A stretch of DNA of 64,000 nt from Spirochaetaceae bacterium (GCA_965224705.1 OZ245056.1:2720001-2784000); one strand, 5' to 3'. Numbered from the stretch's first letter, positions 9,529 to 20,889 are shown. Notes: generated from the sequence alone by a model not told the origin. Numbers and translations are program-made.

Positions 9529-9861
9529 GGCGGATCGGGTCGTCGCTGGCCATGCCAGAGGAAAGTCCGGGTTCCGCAGGGGATGATGCCGGGCAATTCC
9601 CGGGCACTTCCTGTTTGGAAGTGACAGACAGTGCCACAGAAAAGATACCGCCGTTTCAGACGGTAAGGGTGAAAAGGTGAGGTAAGAGCTCACCGGTTTT
9701 CCGGTAACGGAGTGACGCATGGTAAACCTCATCAGGAGCAAGGTCAAGCAGTGGACAGGTTCCCCGCCTCAAAGTCCACGGGTAGATCGCTATTGATATT
9801 ATTGGCAACAATGATGCAAGATAGATGGCGGCCACAACAGAATCCGGCTTATCGATCCGTC
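9529..9861 (+). ncRNA. rnpB: RNase P RNA (bacterial type A)
   Basis: GAGGAAAGTCCGG, AGTGCCACAGAAA, GGGTGAAAAGGTGAGGTAAGAGCTCACC, GGTAAACC, ACAGAATCCGGCTTA; P1 GGCGGATCG/CGATCCGTC. Confidence 0.96.
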
Positions 9862-9868
9862 TTTTTTT

Positions 9869-10807
9869 ATGACTAGAAGTGTATTTTCAACACAGAGCCG
9901 TCGTCGGCGAATTCGCATTGCCATCATATCAGCATCATTTATACTGATAGCCTTTATATCATATCTTGCACTTTCCCGAGGAGTTGATCTTATTCAACAG
10001 CGAACAACGGCGGGAGCAGATAGCGCAGTTTCTGCGGAAGCCTTATGGAATGAAGGCAGGTATGCCAGCCTTACTGAAGTGGCAGAAGAGTATTTGCTTT
10101 CAAAGCCATTGAACAGAGATGCACTTTTGTTTGCAGGTTATGCAAGATACTATCTTGCGATATCCCGTAATTCCATTGAAGAACAGTCCGTTGATCTGGA
10201 CTATTCAATCCGTCATCTGCGGCTGCTGCTGGCTCGCGGCGGAACCCCTGACCCGGGCAAGGTAAAATACATGCTGGGTAAATCCTATTTAATCAAGGGA
10301 AAGTATTGGGCCGATCTTTCAGTTCATTATCTTCTATCATCCCTCCAGGAAGGATATGAACCAGACGATATCTATGAATACCTCGGACGGGCATATTCTT
10401 CCATGGGCGAGTATGAAACAGCATTGAAATGGTGTTTGAAGGCATTGGAAGAATATCCTACTGAGCGTTTACTTCTTTCAATCGCTGAACAGTCCTTCAA
10501 TCTCGGCCGTTATGATGATGCGGCATCATATTACCTTCAGGCAATCGATAAAAGCCGAGATGACAGTCTTAAAAAAAGAGGACTTTTCCAACTCGGTCAG
10601 CTTTATTATGATGTTGGAAACTATAATCAAGCGCTGGAGACTTTGAAACAAATAGAAAATATGGACATAAGTAATGAGGAATACCTGTTTCTTTACGCAG
10701 AAGTATTGTATAAAACAGGTAGGAACTATGAAGCGAAAAAGTATTGGCAGAGGGTTCTGAGAATTAATCCAGGGCATTCTGATGCTCTGCAGCGCTTATA
10801 CAACTAA
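9869..10807 (+). CDS. Membrane-anchored TPR protein
   Basis: N-terminal TM helix and several TPR repeats (YEYLGRAY..MGEYETA, FQLGQLYYDVGNY); directly upstream of mreB. Confidence 0.8.
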   Translation: MTRSVFSTQSRRRRIRIAIISASFILIAFISYLALSRGVDLIQQRTTAGADSAVSAEALWNEGRYASLTEVAEEYLLSKPLNRDALLFAGYARYYLAISRNSIEEQSVDLDYSIRHLRLLLARGGTPDPGKVKYMLGKSYLIKGKYWADLSVHYLLSSLQEGYEPDDIYEYLGRAYSSMGEYETALKWCLKALEEYPTERLLLSIAEQSFNLGRYDDAASYYLQAIDKSRDDSLKKRGLFQLGQLYYDVGNYNQALETLKQIENMDISNEEYLFLYAEVLYKTGRNYEAKKYWQRVLRINPGHSDALQRLYN

Positions 10808-10854
10808 GGAATGAGACGAAATTCCTGTGAGCATACAAAATCAATGGAGGCACG

Positions 10855-11904
10855 ATGAAGGGCCGGAAGAGATTGTTCAGTGGCCTGTCGGCTGATATAG
10901 GAATTGATCTGGGAACTTGTAATACCCTGATTTACATAAGAGGCCGGGGTGTGGTGAGCAGTGATCCCTCAGTAGTTGCAGTGGAACGCGGTACAAAAAA
11001 AGTAGTCGCTGTTGGCCAGGATGCCAAGCGAATGCTCTGGAAGACTCCGGGAGAGATTATTGCCATCCGTCCACTGAGAGACGGTGTTATCGCCGATTTG
11101 GAGATGGCCGAAAAAATGATTCGTTTCTTTATCGGCAAAGTAATACGCAGAAGCTGGATAATCAAACCAAGAATGGTCATGGGAGTTCCATCCTGCATCA
11201 CTGAAGTGGAAAGACGGGCGGTTGAGGAAGCAGCCTATAAAGCTGGAGCCAGAGAAGTTAAGATCATAGAAGAATCACTTGCAGCTGCCATTGGTGCAAA
11301 CATGCCTATATTTGAACCGGCAGGGCATATGATCGTCGATATTGGAGGAGGTACCACTGAAATCTCAGTGATATCCCTTGGCGGTATGGTTGTGACTAAT
11401 GCAATTCGCCTGGGTGGTGACTCCTTTGATATGACGATAATCAAGCATGTACGTTCTGTTCATAATTTGATTATCGGAGAGTATACTGCTGAACTTCTTA
11501 AGATCAAGATTGGTAATGCCAGTCCTGAAAAAACCATTGAAACAATGGAGATCAAAGGCACCGATGCCATCACCGGCCTGCCAAGAAGATTGGAAATTGA
11601 TTCAATTGAAGTAAGGGAAGCATTACAGGAGCCCATTAATGCTGTGGTAGAGGAAGTGAAACGAACTCTTGGACAAACACCGCCTGAACTCGCTGCGGAT
11701 ATTGTTGAGCTTGGCATAGTTTTAACAGGAGGTGGTTCAATGCTGAAGGGCTTGCCAAAACTCTTCTCTCATGAGACTGGAGTTCCAGTCATTCTGGCAG
11801 AAGATCCACTTCTATGTGTAGCCATTGGAGCTGGAAAGTATTTTGAGAATTCCAGGAAAGATAATAATGGAAATCGAGCCATATATGACATGATGAGTGG
11901 TTAA
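10855..11904 (+). CDS. mreB: Rod shape-determining actin-like protein MreB
   Basis: [36 protein letters not shown]. Confidence 0.97.
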   Translation: MKGRKRLFSGLSADIGIDLGTCNTLIYIRGRGVVSSDPSVVAVERGTKKVVAVGQDAKRMLWKTPGEIIAIRPLRDGVIADLEMAEKMIRFFIGKVIRRSWIIKPRMVMGVPSCITEVERRAVEEAAYKAGAREVKIIEESLAAAIGANMPIFEPAGHMIVDIGGGTTEISVISLGGMVVTNAIRLGGDSFDMTIIKHVRSVHNLIIGEYTAELLKIKIGNASPEKTIETMEIKGTDAITGLPRRLEIDSIEVREALQEPINAVVEEVKRTLGQTPPELAADIVELGIVLTGGGSMLKGLPKLFSHETGVPVILAEDPLLCVAIGAGKYFENSRKDNNGNRAIYDMMSG

Positions 11905-11910
11905 GGAGAT

Positions 11911-12750
11911 ATGCGGGAACAAGGCGAAGGCGGTATTCGTCCTGAGGTGGTTCTGCCTTTATTGTTAACTATTTCAATTCTCATGATGGTTTTTGTCAAA
12001 GTCCTGAACAATAATGATCTTAAAAGCAGAGGAAGCAATCTCCTTATTGGATTTCAGCGGGTAACTGGAACATTGTTTGAGCAGTTAAAAAACACCTATG
12101 GATCATTGCAGCGGCTTCATAATCTCAAACAGCAGCATGAAGCATTGCTCAATACACTGGAGAACTATCAGAGTGTTGGACTGGAACTGGAGGAATTAAG
12201 ACAGGAGAATGAGGCACTGAGAGAGCAAATTAATCTCTCCAGCAGGCTCAGATATGAACACATCCAGGCACAGGTGATTGCAGGCGACCCGTCTAATCTT
12301 TTTGCTACTATCACATTGGATAAGGGATCCATGGATGGGATTGAGGTCAACATGGTTGTTACAGCTTTCCAGTCCAATTCTTTTGGATTACTGGGTAAGG
12401 TTGTCCATGTCGATAGAAAAACATGCCAGGTCCTTCCTCTTGTCAATCCCAGCAACTACATAGCCGCAAGACTCCTCGAATCACGCTTTGAGGGTTTGGT
12501 GTCCGGGAGGGGAGGGCAGAGCGGGGAATTGATAATGGATTATGTACCTAAGTCAGTCGGCTCCTTGATTTCAGTCGGTGATTTCGTCATCACTTCAGGC
12601 ATGCAATCCATATATCCTGCCGGAATCTATATAGGCAGAGTCAAAGAGGTTCGATCCAGGGAATACTCAACTACTCTGGAAATAATCCTCACCCCGATGG
12701 TTCATTCAAAACGCATCGAATTTGTATTTATACTAAGCAACAAAAAATGA
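11911..12750 (+). CDS. mreC: Rod shape-determining protein MreC
   Basis: TM segment, coiled coil (ENEALR), LDKGSMDG, TSG...YPAGIYIG; operon position. Confidence 0.92.
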   Translation: MREQGEGGIRPEVVLPLLLTISILMMVFVKVLNNNDLKSRGSNLLIGFQRVTGTLFEQLKNTYGSLQRLHNLKQQHEALLNTLENYQSVGLELEELRQENEALREQINLSSRLRYEHIQAQVIAGDPSNLFATITLDKGSMDGIEVNMVVTAFQSNSFGLLGKVVHVDRKTCQVLPLVNPSNYIAARLLESRFEGLVSGRGGQSGELIMDYVPKSVGSLISVGDFVITSGMQSIYPAGIYIGRVKEVRSREYSTTLEIILTPMVHSKRIEFVFILSNKK

Positions 12751-13247
12751 GAACAGTTGTGATTATCATTACTGCAGTTTCTATTGGTGTTCTGCAGTCG
12801 GTTTTTCTTACAGACATCTTTCCCATGGGTGTTGTTCCCGATATCACTCTCATTCTGCTGCTTGCCGCTTCCTGTCACTATGGCAGCATGACCGGTACGA
12901 TTACGGGTTTTCTGGTTGGTACAGCATTTGATGTGATGAGTCTTGCTCCACTGGGATTTCATGCATTTATCTACACATTGATCGGTTATCTTGTTGGTTT
13001 ATTGAGTTCCAATATCTCATCTGATCGATTCCTGCTGCCGTTTCTTCTGGCTCTTCCAGCAACAGTATTCAAATATGTACTGGCATATCTACTGAGCATT
13101 GTGTTTAGTCTTCAAACAGGTACGATTGGATTCATAACATGGGGAACACTTGTTGAAATTGGAGTAAACTCGACTATTTCTCCAGTTGTTTTCCGTATAT
13201 TCTTACTCATGGCCAGACTTTCAAAAAGAAATCGCGGTGGTTTCTAA
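12747..13247 (+). CDS. mreD: Rod shape-determining protein MreD
   Basis: Hydrophobic membrane protein with PDITL and GFLVG.AFD...PLG; between mreC and mrdA. Confidence 0.88.
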   Translation: MRTVVIIITAVSIGVLQSVFLTDIFPMGVVPDITLILLLAASCHYGSMTGTITGFLVGTAFDVMSLAPLGFHAFIYTLIGYLVGLLSSNISSDRFLLPFLLALPATVFKYVLAYLLSIVFSLQTGTIGFITWGTLVEIGVNSTISPVVFRIFLLMARLSKRNRGGF

Positions 13248-15160
13248 TGAGTCGCAGTTTCAGTCCTGATAACAAAGTACTGCGATTAAAGCTCTTCGTA
13301 GTGGGGGGGATCATTCTTGCCCTCTTCATGGTATTCATCCTCTATCTCTTCAATCTCCAGATTGTTGAAAATATTATCTGGGAGGATAGAGCTCAAGCCG
13401 TTTCAAGAAGAACTGAACCGCTGCCAGCTCAGCGCGGACTTATATGGGATAGGAATTATGACATACCGCTTGCAACCAATATAGATTCCTTTGCTGTTCA
13501 TGCTGTACCTGCAGAAATATCACCTTTGAATCCTGAGTCATTATCCAATAGATTGTCACAGGTATTGGATATAGATTCTGAGAACATCGCTAATCGATTT
13601 CCTGCCGATTGGGAAAACTCCTGGAATCCTGTAGAAATTCTGGATGGTGTTGCCTTTGAATCCATTGTAAGGATTGCAGAATCTGTAGAAAACTACCCGG
13701 GCATTCATTGGCAGAGTAAACCCTACCGCTGGTACAATGAAGTTGGTGCCTTTTCCCATGTGTTAGGATATGTAGGAAATATCACAACCGATGAATTGCA
13801 GATTCTGTACAATATGGGATACGTTAATACGGCCAGCTTGGGGAAGAGTGGAATAGAAAAAACCTTTGATGGAGTTTTGAGGGGGAAGGACGGAAAAATC
13901 TTCAGAACGGTTGATGTCAAGGGCAAGCAGTTGAATAGTGAAGCTGAGAATTTCATTCCGCCAGAGAGCGGTAATGACATAGTTCTTACCATAGACAGAA
14001 GGATACAGGTACTGGCTGAAAAGGCATTAGGGCCGCGAAAGGGAGCTGTCATTGTATTAAAACCCACGACCGGTGAGATTCTCGCCATGGTATCATACCC
14101 ATCCTATGATCCCAATATGTTTGCAAAATCCAACCCGGGAAGCTTCAGTAACCTGAGTAAGAATGGTGATTTTCCCTTTCTCAACCGCGCATTGCAATCC
14201 GGGTATGCTCCAGCATCCACATTCAAACTAATCATGAGTGCCGCTGCCCTGGGGGAAAATAAGGTAAGTTTGAACCGATATATTAACTGCCGCGGCCACA
14301 TGACACTCAATGACAGAGTTTTCTGGTGCCACAAACGAAGTGGGCATGGATATGTCAATCTTGAGGGTGCAATTGCTCATTCCTGCAATATATATTTTGG
14401 TACAATTGGAGTTGAAACATTGGGGATTGAATTGATATCCAGATATGCACGTGCTTTTGGTCTGAGTTCGTTAACCGGTATTGAACTTGATGGAGATATT
14501 GCCGGCAATGTTCCCGATAAAACCTGGAAGGAAAACATCTACAATACGAAATGGACCACCGGGGATACCCTCAACAGCTCCATTGGACAGGGGTTTTTAT
14601 TGGTAACTCCCCTGCAGATGGCCAATGTTATAGCTGGTATTGTTAATAATGGTGTAATCTATCGCCCTTTTCTGCTCAAGGAAGTAAAGAAGTCTGGTAC
14701 CGGCGTTGTTGTCGACCATAAAGAACCTGAAATCCTGCATACCATCGATTTATTAGAAGACTCTGACTATCAATTCATCAAGAAAGCAATGCGTTCCGTT
14801 ATAACTCAGGGTACCGGAAAATGGGCTGTCCATACAAAATCCGTGAATATTGCTGGAAAAACCGGAACAGGAGAAGTTGGACTTGAAGATAGATGGCATG
14901 ACTGGTTTGTCGCATATGGCCCCTATCAAACGAATGATCCGGATGAAAGAATAGTAGTTGTCAGTCTGATTGAAGCCTCTGATTCTTATGATTGGTGGGC
15001 TCCGAAAGCAACAGACATTATTTTTGAGGGAGTGTTTGGCAATAAAACTTACGAAGCAGTTGTGACGGAATGGAAAAAACGAAAAGTTTGGTGGACGACC
15101 CAGGTAAAAACACTTCCAAATCCTGGGTGGCCTTATACCCCTGAGTCCGGTGAGAAATGA
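13247..15160 (+). CDS. mrdA: Penicillin-binding protein 2
   Basis: RGLIWDRN, GKSGIEK, SxxK (STFK), SxN (SCN) and KTG motifs. Confidence 0.95.
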   Translation: MSRSFSPDNKVLRLKLFVVGGIILALFMVFILYLFNLQIVENIIWEDRAQAVSRRTEPLPAQRGLIWDRNYDIPLATNIDSFAVHAVPAEISPLNPESLSNRLSQVLDIDSENIANRFPADWENSWNPVEILDGVAFESIVRIAESVENYPGIHWQSKPYRWYNEVGAFSHVLGYVGNITTDELQILYNMGYVNTASLGKSGIEKTFDGVLRGKDGKIFRTVDVKGKQLNSEAENFIPPESGNDIVLTIDRRIQVLAEKALGPRKGAVIVLKPTTGEILAMVSYPSYDPNMFAKSNPGSFSNLSKNGDFPFLNRALQSGYAPASTFKLIMSAAALGENKVSLNRYINCRGHMTLNDRVFWCHKRSGHGYVNLEGAIAHSCNIYFGTIGVETLGIELISRYARAFGLSSLTGIELDGDIAGNVPDKTWKENIYNTKWTTGDTLNSSIGQGFLLVTPLQMANVIAGIVNNGVIYRPFLLKEVKKSGTGVVVDHKEPEILHTIDLLEDSDYQFIKKAMRSVITQGTGKWAVHTKSVNIAGKTGTGEVGLEDRWHDWFVAYGPYQTNDPDERIVVVSLIEASDSYDWWAPKATDIIFEGVFGNKTYEAVVTEWKKRKVWWTTQVKTLPNPGWPYTPESGEK

Positions 15161-16482
15161 ATCAAAACAGGATTGTAGCTGGTTTCTTCAGAATTGATAT
15201 GGGTTTGATGCTGTGTGTTCCAGGCCTTATGCTGTTGGGAGTTGCTTTTATATATTCCAGTGGTGTGACATCTGAAGGAGTTCAGGTATCATCGGAGTGG
15301 ATCAAGCAGATCATATGGTCAGTAACAGGTCTGATTCTCATGACTGTATTCTCATGGATTGATTATCAGAGATGGAGAACATTGATCCTGCCGCTTTATG
15401 CCGGATTAATACTGACTCTGATTCTGGTTCTTCTGGTTGGAACGTATGTGAAAGGAGCACGTGCATGGCTGGGAATAGGTGGTATTGGCATCCAGCCATC
15501 AGAATTTGGAAAGGTGATTTTGATCATCATGCTGGCCTGGTGGTATGATGAAAGGGGTAGGGGAGTCTCCAGCCTGGGGCAATACTCAGGGGCCATCATC
15601 ATCACCTGTATTCCTGTCTTTTTAATTCTTCTCCAGCCGGATCTCGGGACCGCATTTGTATACATCCCCATACTTTTCACAATTTCATTCTTTGCTGATA
15701 TACGGTGGAATGTCCTTGTCTTTCCCCTGATTGTGGGCTTCCTGATCGTTCTTGGCGTCATTGGTTTTGCCTGGGACAAGCATGTATCTCGAATCCCCAA
15801 TGGTTTTTTCCGTATTTTTACGGATAAATCGCTGCTGCAGGTAACCATTTCCTCAATTTTAGTACTGGCTGGCCTGGCTGTTGCAGGCTGGTTCATTTTT
15901 TATCGCCGATATTTTCTTGGGTTATTGTATCTCCTTGGAATTGCAGCTGTATCATATATTGGCATCATTGGTGCCATCAAAGTCCTCCATGGATATCAAA
16001 TGATGAGATTTGTTGTGTTTCTCAATCCCCAGATTGATCCCCTGGGTGCTGGCTGGCATATTATTCAATCGGTTACGGCTGTGGGATCCGGAGGCCTCAG
16101 AGGGAAGGGTTTTCTCCAGGGAACACAATCGCATTATCAATACCTTCCAGAGCAGAGTACTGATTTCATATTTTCAATACTTGCAGAGGAAACAGGTTTC
16201 CTTGGAGGACTGATAGTCTTTATTCTCTTTTCAATCATCATAATAAGGTCTCTGCACATAGCCTATACCTCTCAAGATAAATTCGGAACTTACATTGCTG
16301 TTGGTATTGTTGCCATGACCGGTTTCCATGTAATTGAAAACATCGGGATGTCGATCGGTGTCATGCCCATAACTGGAATCCCCTTATTCTTCCTTTCCTA
16401 TGGGGGTTCTTCTCTGTGGACAGCCCTTATATCAATTGGACTGCTTCTATCCATACATATACGCCGTCGGCATAGGGTTTGA
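15157..16482 (+). CDS. rodA: SEDS peptidoglycan glycosyltransferase RodA
   Basis: IQPSEFGK, QPDLGT, LPEQSTDFIF..EETG, PITGIPLFFLSYGGS. Confidence 0.95.
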   Translation: MNQNRIVAGFFRIDMGLMLCVPGLMLLGVAFIYSSGVTSEGVQVSSEWIKQIIWSVTGLILMTVFSWIDYQRWRTLILPLYAGLILTLILVLLVGTYVKGARAWLGIGGIGIQPSEFGKVILIIMLAWWYDERGRGVSSLGQYSGAIIITCIPVFLILLQPDLGTAFVYIPILFTISFFADIRWNVLVFPLIVGFLIVLGVIGFAWDKHVSRIPNGFFRIFTDKSLLQVTISSILVLAGLAVAGWFIFYRRYFLGLLYLLGIAAVSYIGIIGAIKVLHGYQMMRFVVFLNPQIDPLGAGWHIIQSVTAVGSGGLRGKGFLQGTQSHYQYLPEQSTDFIFSILAEETGFLGGLIVFILFSIIIIRSLHIAYTSQDKFGTYIAVGIVAMTGFHVIENIGMSIGVMPITGIPLFFLSYGGSSLWTALISIGLLLSIHIRRRHRV

Positions 16483-16514
16483 TACATTCATTCCCATGGA
16501 CGAATCTTTATGAT

Positions 16515-17288
16515 TCATTGAACAGATTTAGCGTCTTCCCAATACGCATCCATGATGTCAATATTTGCAGGAGACATGGGGACTCCATCTGTAATCATCT
16601 GTTTCTCCACATGGCGGAAACGTTTTTCAAATTTCAGATTGCTTCGGCACAATGCAATTGCTGGATCTATTTTCAAATGTCTTGCATAGTTAACCACTGA
16701 AAAAAGAAGATCCCCAAGTTCTTCCTCCCTGTGATTTTCATCATCGGTATGCCTGATTTCCTCCAGTTCCTCCATTATTTTTCCTTCCGGACCCCGGTGA
16801 TCAGGCCAGTCAAAACCTTTTCTGGCAGCCCTGCGTTGAAGTATGCAGGATCGTTCAAGGGGGGGGAGACTGTCTGGAATACCATCAACAACGGATTCAT
16901 TCGGTTTGCCGTCACCTTCAATTTCAACCTTTATTCTCTCCCAATTCCTGAGAGCTTCCTTTGAATCTTTGACAACGGCATTGCCGAAAACATGGGGATG
17001 GCGGCGAATGAGTTTTGCATTGATCTCGTTGAAAACATCATCCAGGCTGAATTCACCCTGTTCTGCATACATCAGACCAATCATACAGATAATCAACAGT
17101 ACATCCCCCAATTCTTCTTTGACATGTTCGGGATCACTGGAATTGATGGCTTCCAGAGTTTCATACACCTCTTCCAGAAGAAGTGTTCTCATGCTTGAAG
17201 GAGTTTGTTCCTTATCCCAGGGACAGCCTTCAGGACCTCGAAGAGTTTTGATCGTTTCCAGGAAATTCGTGAAAGATTGAGAGCTCAT
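16515..17288 (-). CDS. mazG: Nucleoside triphosphate pyrophosphohydrolase MazG
   Basis: LRGPEGCPWDKEQT, EELGD twice, KLIRRHPHVF, KFEKRF. Confidence 0.95.
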   Translation of the reverse strand: MSSQSFTNFLETIKTLRGPEGCPWDKEQTPSSMRTLLLEEVYETLEAINSSDPEHVKEELGDVLLIICMIGLMYAEQGEFSLDDVFNEINAKLIRRHPHVFGNAVVKDSKEALRNWERIKVEIEGDGKPNESVVDGIPDSLPPLERSCILQRRAARKGFDWPDHRGPEGKIMEELEEIRHTDDENHREEELGDLLFSVVNYARHLKIDPAIALCRSNLKFEKRFRHVEKQMITDGVPMSPANIDIMDAYWEDAKSVQ

Positions 17289-17381
17289 GGTAATTATATT
17301 ACTTGATCATCCATAGTTGAGAAAGTCACGCAACCAGAATCCAGGTAGACAGAATATACATTATCGGAAGTTACGGCTGGA

Positions 17382-17660
17382 TTACCATTTCTCTGGAATA
17401 GACTTTAAGAATAAAAACACTCCAATAAACAAACATGCACCCAGGAACGCTGGTATGGCACTTGTAATCAGACCAAACTCGAACCCCAGGCGGTTCAGAA
17501 GCATGATTCCAAAGACACCTCCAAAAAAGGCACCACTCAAACTAATGAACCAGGATAGCCAGAATAATCTCCAGGAAAACCTGTAGCCCGTCAGTTTGAG
17601 AAAGAAGACGGTTATGAAAGCGCATACAAGGTAGGTAAATATCAGTATTAATTCTCTCAT
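17382..17660 (-). CDS. Small 3-TM membrane protein (hypothetical)
   Basis: 92-aa hydrophobic ORF with a GAFFGG glycine motif, co-oriented within the operon. Confidence 0.6.
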   Translation of the reverse strand: MRELILIFTYLVCAFITVFFLKLTGYRFSWRLFWLSWFISLSGAFFGGVFGIMLLNRLGFEFGLITSAIPAFLGACLFIGVFLFLKSIPEKW

Positions 17661-17684
17661 AATGTTCCTTGAACAAAAGATCTG

Positions 17685-18491
17685 CTATCGAGTTGATGTT
17701 GGAACACCAAGTTCAATCTTTCCAAGATGAATTGGAATACTGTTCAATGGCTGCAATGATTGCGGATCAATCCCGGTAGAATGCACCACCACTCCTATCT
17801 GTATTGGTATCGCTTCGTCCAGTTTATCATCAATATCGGTTAAAGGTATGGATCTTGATGTTTCTGTTGCTGTGTTATATATGGCCTGAGTGCTGGCTGG
17901 CTGATAATCAAGAAATCCTGCTGTACTTTTGTTGCGATAGAGATCAACGTCTGTATAATTATTGGAGTCGAATACCCAGTCATCAAAAGAAAGAAATGGA
18001 GAATCTGCACTATTGAAATCCACCACTCCTCGGGCAAGTTCCTGAACTGTAGAATTTTGGGGATCATCTTTATCGGTGTACGCAATCAGCTTCTTATTTT
18101 CATCGTATTCAATATAGACTGTTGTACCAGCCGCAACAGTGTTTTGATTGATGACAGGTTCGTCCAGAGTACTCCCATCTGCCTTACCCATCCTGAAGAA
18201 TCCCTGCTGCTTTGGAACAATTGAACCTGCCGGTACTTCATTATTATTGTATTGAGTGACATCATCAAACTTCTCTCTGTCCGGTTCCCCTACTGAGTCG
18301 TAATCCGAATTACCAGTGTAAACCTTGTAGTACAGGATGTATCCTGCGATGTTCTGATCATCCAGAGGTGTTTGAAAGGCTGCAGAGGTATCCAATCCAG
18401 TTTCAATGAAAGATGGAGACTCAATCGATTCAGAACTCGGTAAGCCACACCCGGATATAAGAATAAGGAACAAAAAACAATTCTTTCTCAT
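17685..18491 (-). CDS. Lipoprotein of unknown function
   Basis: MRKNCFLFLILISGC signal peptide with lipobox (start moved to the ATG at 18491); acidic mature domain. Confidence 0.7.
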   Translation of the reverse strand: MRKNCFLFLILISGCGLPSSESIESPSFIETGLDTSAAFQTPLDDQNIAGYILYYKVYTGNSDYDSVGEPDREKFDDVTQYNNNEVPAGSIVPKQQGFFRMGKADGSTLDEPVINQNTVAAGTTVYIEYDENKKLIAYTDKDDPQNSTVQELARGVVDFNSADSPFLSFDDWVFDSNNYTDVDLYRNKSTAGFLDYQPASTQAIYNTATETSRSIPLTDIDDKLDEAIPIQIGVVVHSTGIDPQSLQPLNSIPIHLGKIELGVPTSTR

Positions 18492-18504
18492 GATAATCCC
18501 AAAT

Positions 18505-20889
18505 CTACATGCCTGACAGCAAATCTCCATCGTAGTCCAATAGCTCATAAATCGTTACAGGATTGGAACGGCCTTTGACGCGTATTTCATCCAATTCCCT
18601 GGCTATGAATGGCTCATGTTTTATTCGAGTCCAGGTATCCTCACTTATGATTATACTGGTCCCATACACTTTGTTGACACCTTCCAGACGACTTGCCAGA
18701 TTAACAGTATCTCCCATGGCTGTATAGTTCTTTCGCCCCTCACTTCCCATGTAGCCAACCATACAGGTTCCTGAATTCAATCCAATACCAATGTCAATTG
18801 TCAAACTATCTTCTCCGCGTTCTACCTGGATTCTTTCATTGAGTTTATCCAGCAGATATATTTGCATAACAGCACATCGACAGGCACGAACAGCATGATC
18901 ATCCTGGGAGCGCGGCGCACCCCAGAATGCCATAATGGCATCTCCGATGTACTTATCAAGAGTGCCATGGAAATCATTCACCAGATTATCCGTCATATCG
19001 GTCAAATAGTCATTCAGAAGCATAACCAATTCCTGTGCACTCAATCTCTCCGAAATTCGGGAAAAAGCTCGAATATCAGAGAAGAAAACCGTAACATCAA
19101 CATCCTCCCCTCCAAGTTCCGGCAGAGAGTTTGTAAGCTCTTCTACAATCGCCGGGGAGATGAATTGCCCAAAGACATTTTCAATCTGTTTCTTGTCCCT
19201 TTCGGCGGATAAAACCCGGTAGAGCACGACTGCAAGGTAGGTGAGCAGTACACCGAAAACAGGGTTGGCCCAGTCCAATGCCGTATTCCTGTATTCAAAT
19301 AACAGGGTAACTGCTAGAAATGAGATCAGAATGAAACTGAGCAAAACGGCGACTGACCAGCCAATGTTTTTCATGCGGGATGTTAACCAGGCAAAGAATA
19401 GAATCAAAACCAGCATGATAACATTGTTTGCCCATGCCGGTATCTGCCTGATGAAGTTATTCATTATGATGGTGTTGAGAGCATTAGCATGCACTTCAAC
19501 ACCAAACATAAGGCCCAGAGGAGTAATCTTTTCATCATCCGCCATACCTGAGGTAAAGGCACCGACCATCAAAATTTTATTGTTCAGCTTCTTTGTTTCA
19601 GACCATGTTTCAGGATCTGATCCACGGATGTTTTTAGCGTAGGCGGCATAGGAGCGTACAGGAAATGTCTGGACTCCGCCTGGATCGGATGATGATCGAA
19701 GTCCCATGAAATTGATACGCATGTTGCCATTCTCATCAATGGGAATGGTAATCTCATTCAATACCTGCATTCTCCGTCGACTGCCGAAACCGACAGGAAT
19801 GGTATATGGTTCCCATGTTTCTGTTTCAGAATTCCAGTTCATTGGATTGTTAATACGTATATGAGATCCATACTGGACATCCAGGTCATCCAGAGTTTTG
19901 TTGAAGTAATGCAGGGCCAGAGACAGGGTTACAGCAGGTATGAAGTGATCCTGATAGATGGAGACAATCCAGGAATTGTTCCCTGAGTTATCAATTCGGG
20001 GAATACCATTTTCAAGAAGATTCCTGTGCAGTGAAACAATCTGTTCTTCTGTAACAGGAAACTCAACCGTATGATTCCTTCCATTTTTATCAATCCAACC
20101 TAAATGCCCCCGGCCATTGAAATCAATATCTGGAACAGGTTCATTGCCAAAGGGAATCTCACCGATTTTCCTGCTATACCGTGCAACAAGCTGCTGTCTT
20201 CGATAGACTTTATCTTTATCTTCCCGGTATGACGCATGACCATAGGCATGGATTTTCTCGCCATATGGTACTAATGGGGATTCAATTCCGTAATATGGTA
20301 TGACACGGGATAAATCACCCTGAACATGCCGAATTTCACCATAGTTTTCAAGCAATGCATCAAATCGGGCGGCATGCTCTTCTTCCCTGCCTGTTGAGAA
20401 TGGGAGACCATGAAGTTGAGTCTGAAGAGCAACTCGCCCATGATCTTCCATTGTATCAAGAAGGATTGCATCCTCGAATGCTCTATCGGCAACTTCATTA
20501 ATCAGGATATCCAGAAGGACAATGGATTCTCGATCCTCCTGTTTTTTGATTCTTGAAAATGACTTCAAAAGGTCCGCATGGGTGGAGCGGGCAAAAGGCC
20601 ATCGTCCAAATACATCCAGCGTTCGAGAATCTATACCTATAATCAGTATATCCCTGGATATTTTGTGAGAACGCTGCTCCCTGATAACATTTTCCTGATC
20701 ACTTCTCTGGGTAAGGCTTTGTTTCAAAGTGAAGTGAAGGTCAATAATTCGAGTCTCAAGGTTTTCAGGTATATCTGTAAAATGATTAAAAAGGAATAAC
20801 ACACTGAAAACAATGAGTCCCTGAAAGAGGCTGAAAAATCTAATCGAAAAGAATGAGTTTGTCAGCAGCTTACTACTTCCCAAAATCAT
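18505..20889 (-). CDS. CHASE2-domain class III adenylate cyclase
   Basis: CHASE2 motifs (GRWPFARSTHA, GVEVHANALNTI), 3 TM, catalytic FSDIRAF, DKYIGDA, NYTAMGDTVNLASRLE. The ATG at 20889 overlaps the upstream stop. Confidence 0.92.
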   Translation of the reverse strand: MILGSSKLLTNSFFSIRFFSLFQGLIVFSVLFLFNHFTDIPENLETRIIDLHFTLKQSLTQRSDQENVIREQRSHKISRDILIIGIDSRTLDVFGRWPFARSTHADLLKSFSRIKKQEDRESIVLLDILINEVADRAFEDAILLDTMEDHGRVALQTQLHGLPFSTGREEEHAARFDALLENYGEIRHVQGDLSRVIPYYGIESPLVPYGEKIHAYGHASYREDKDKVYRRQQLVARYSRKIGEIPFGNEPVPDIDFNGRGHLGWIDKNGRNHTVEFPVTEEQIVSLHRNLLENGIPRIDNSGNNSWIVSIYQDHFIPAVTLSLALHYFNKTLDDLDVQYGSHIRINNPMNWNSETETWEPYTIPVGFGSRRRMQVLNEITIPIDENGNMRINFMGLRSSSDPGGVQTFPVRSYAAYAKNIRGSDPETWSETKKLNNKILMVGAFTSGMADDEKITPLGLMFGVEVHANALNTIIMNNFIRQIPAWANNVIMLVLILFFAWLTSRMKNIGWSVAVLLSFILISFLAVTLLFEYRNTALDWANPVFGVLLTYLAVVLYRVLSAERDKKQIENVFGQFISPAIVEELTNSLPELGGEDVDVTVFFSDIRAFSRISERLSAQELVMLLNDYLTDMTDNLVNDFHGTLDKYIGDAIMAFWGAPRSQDDHAVRACRCAVMQIYLLDKLNERIQVERGEDSLTIDIGIGLNSGTCMVGYMGSEGRKNYTAMGDTVNLASRLEGVNKVYGTSIIISEDTWTRIKHEPFIARELDEIRVKGRSNPVTIYELLDYDGDLLSGM

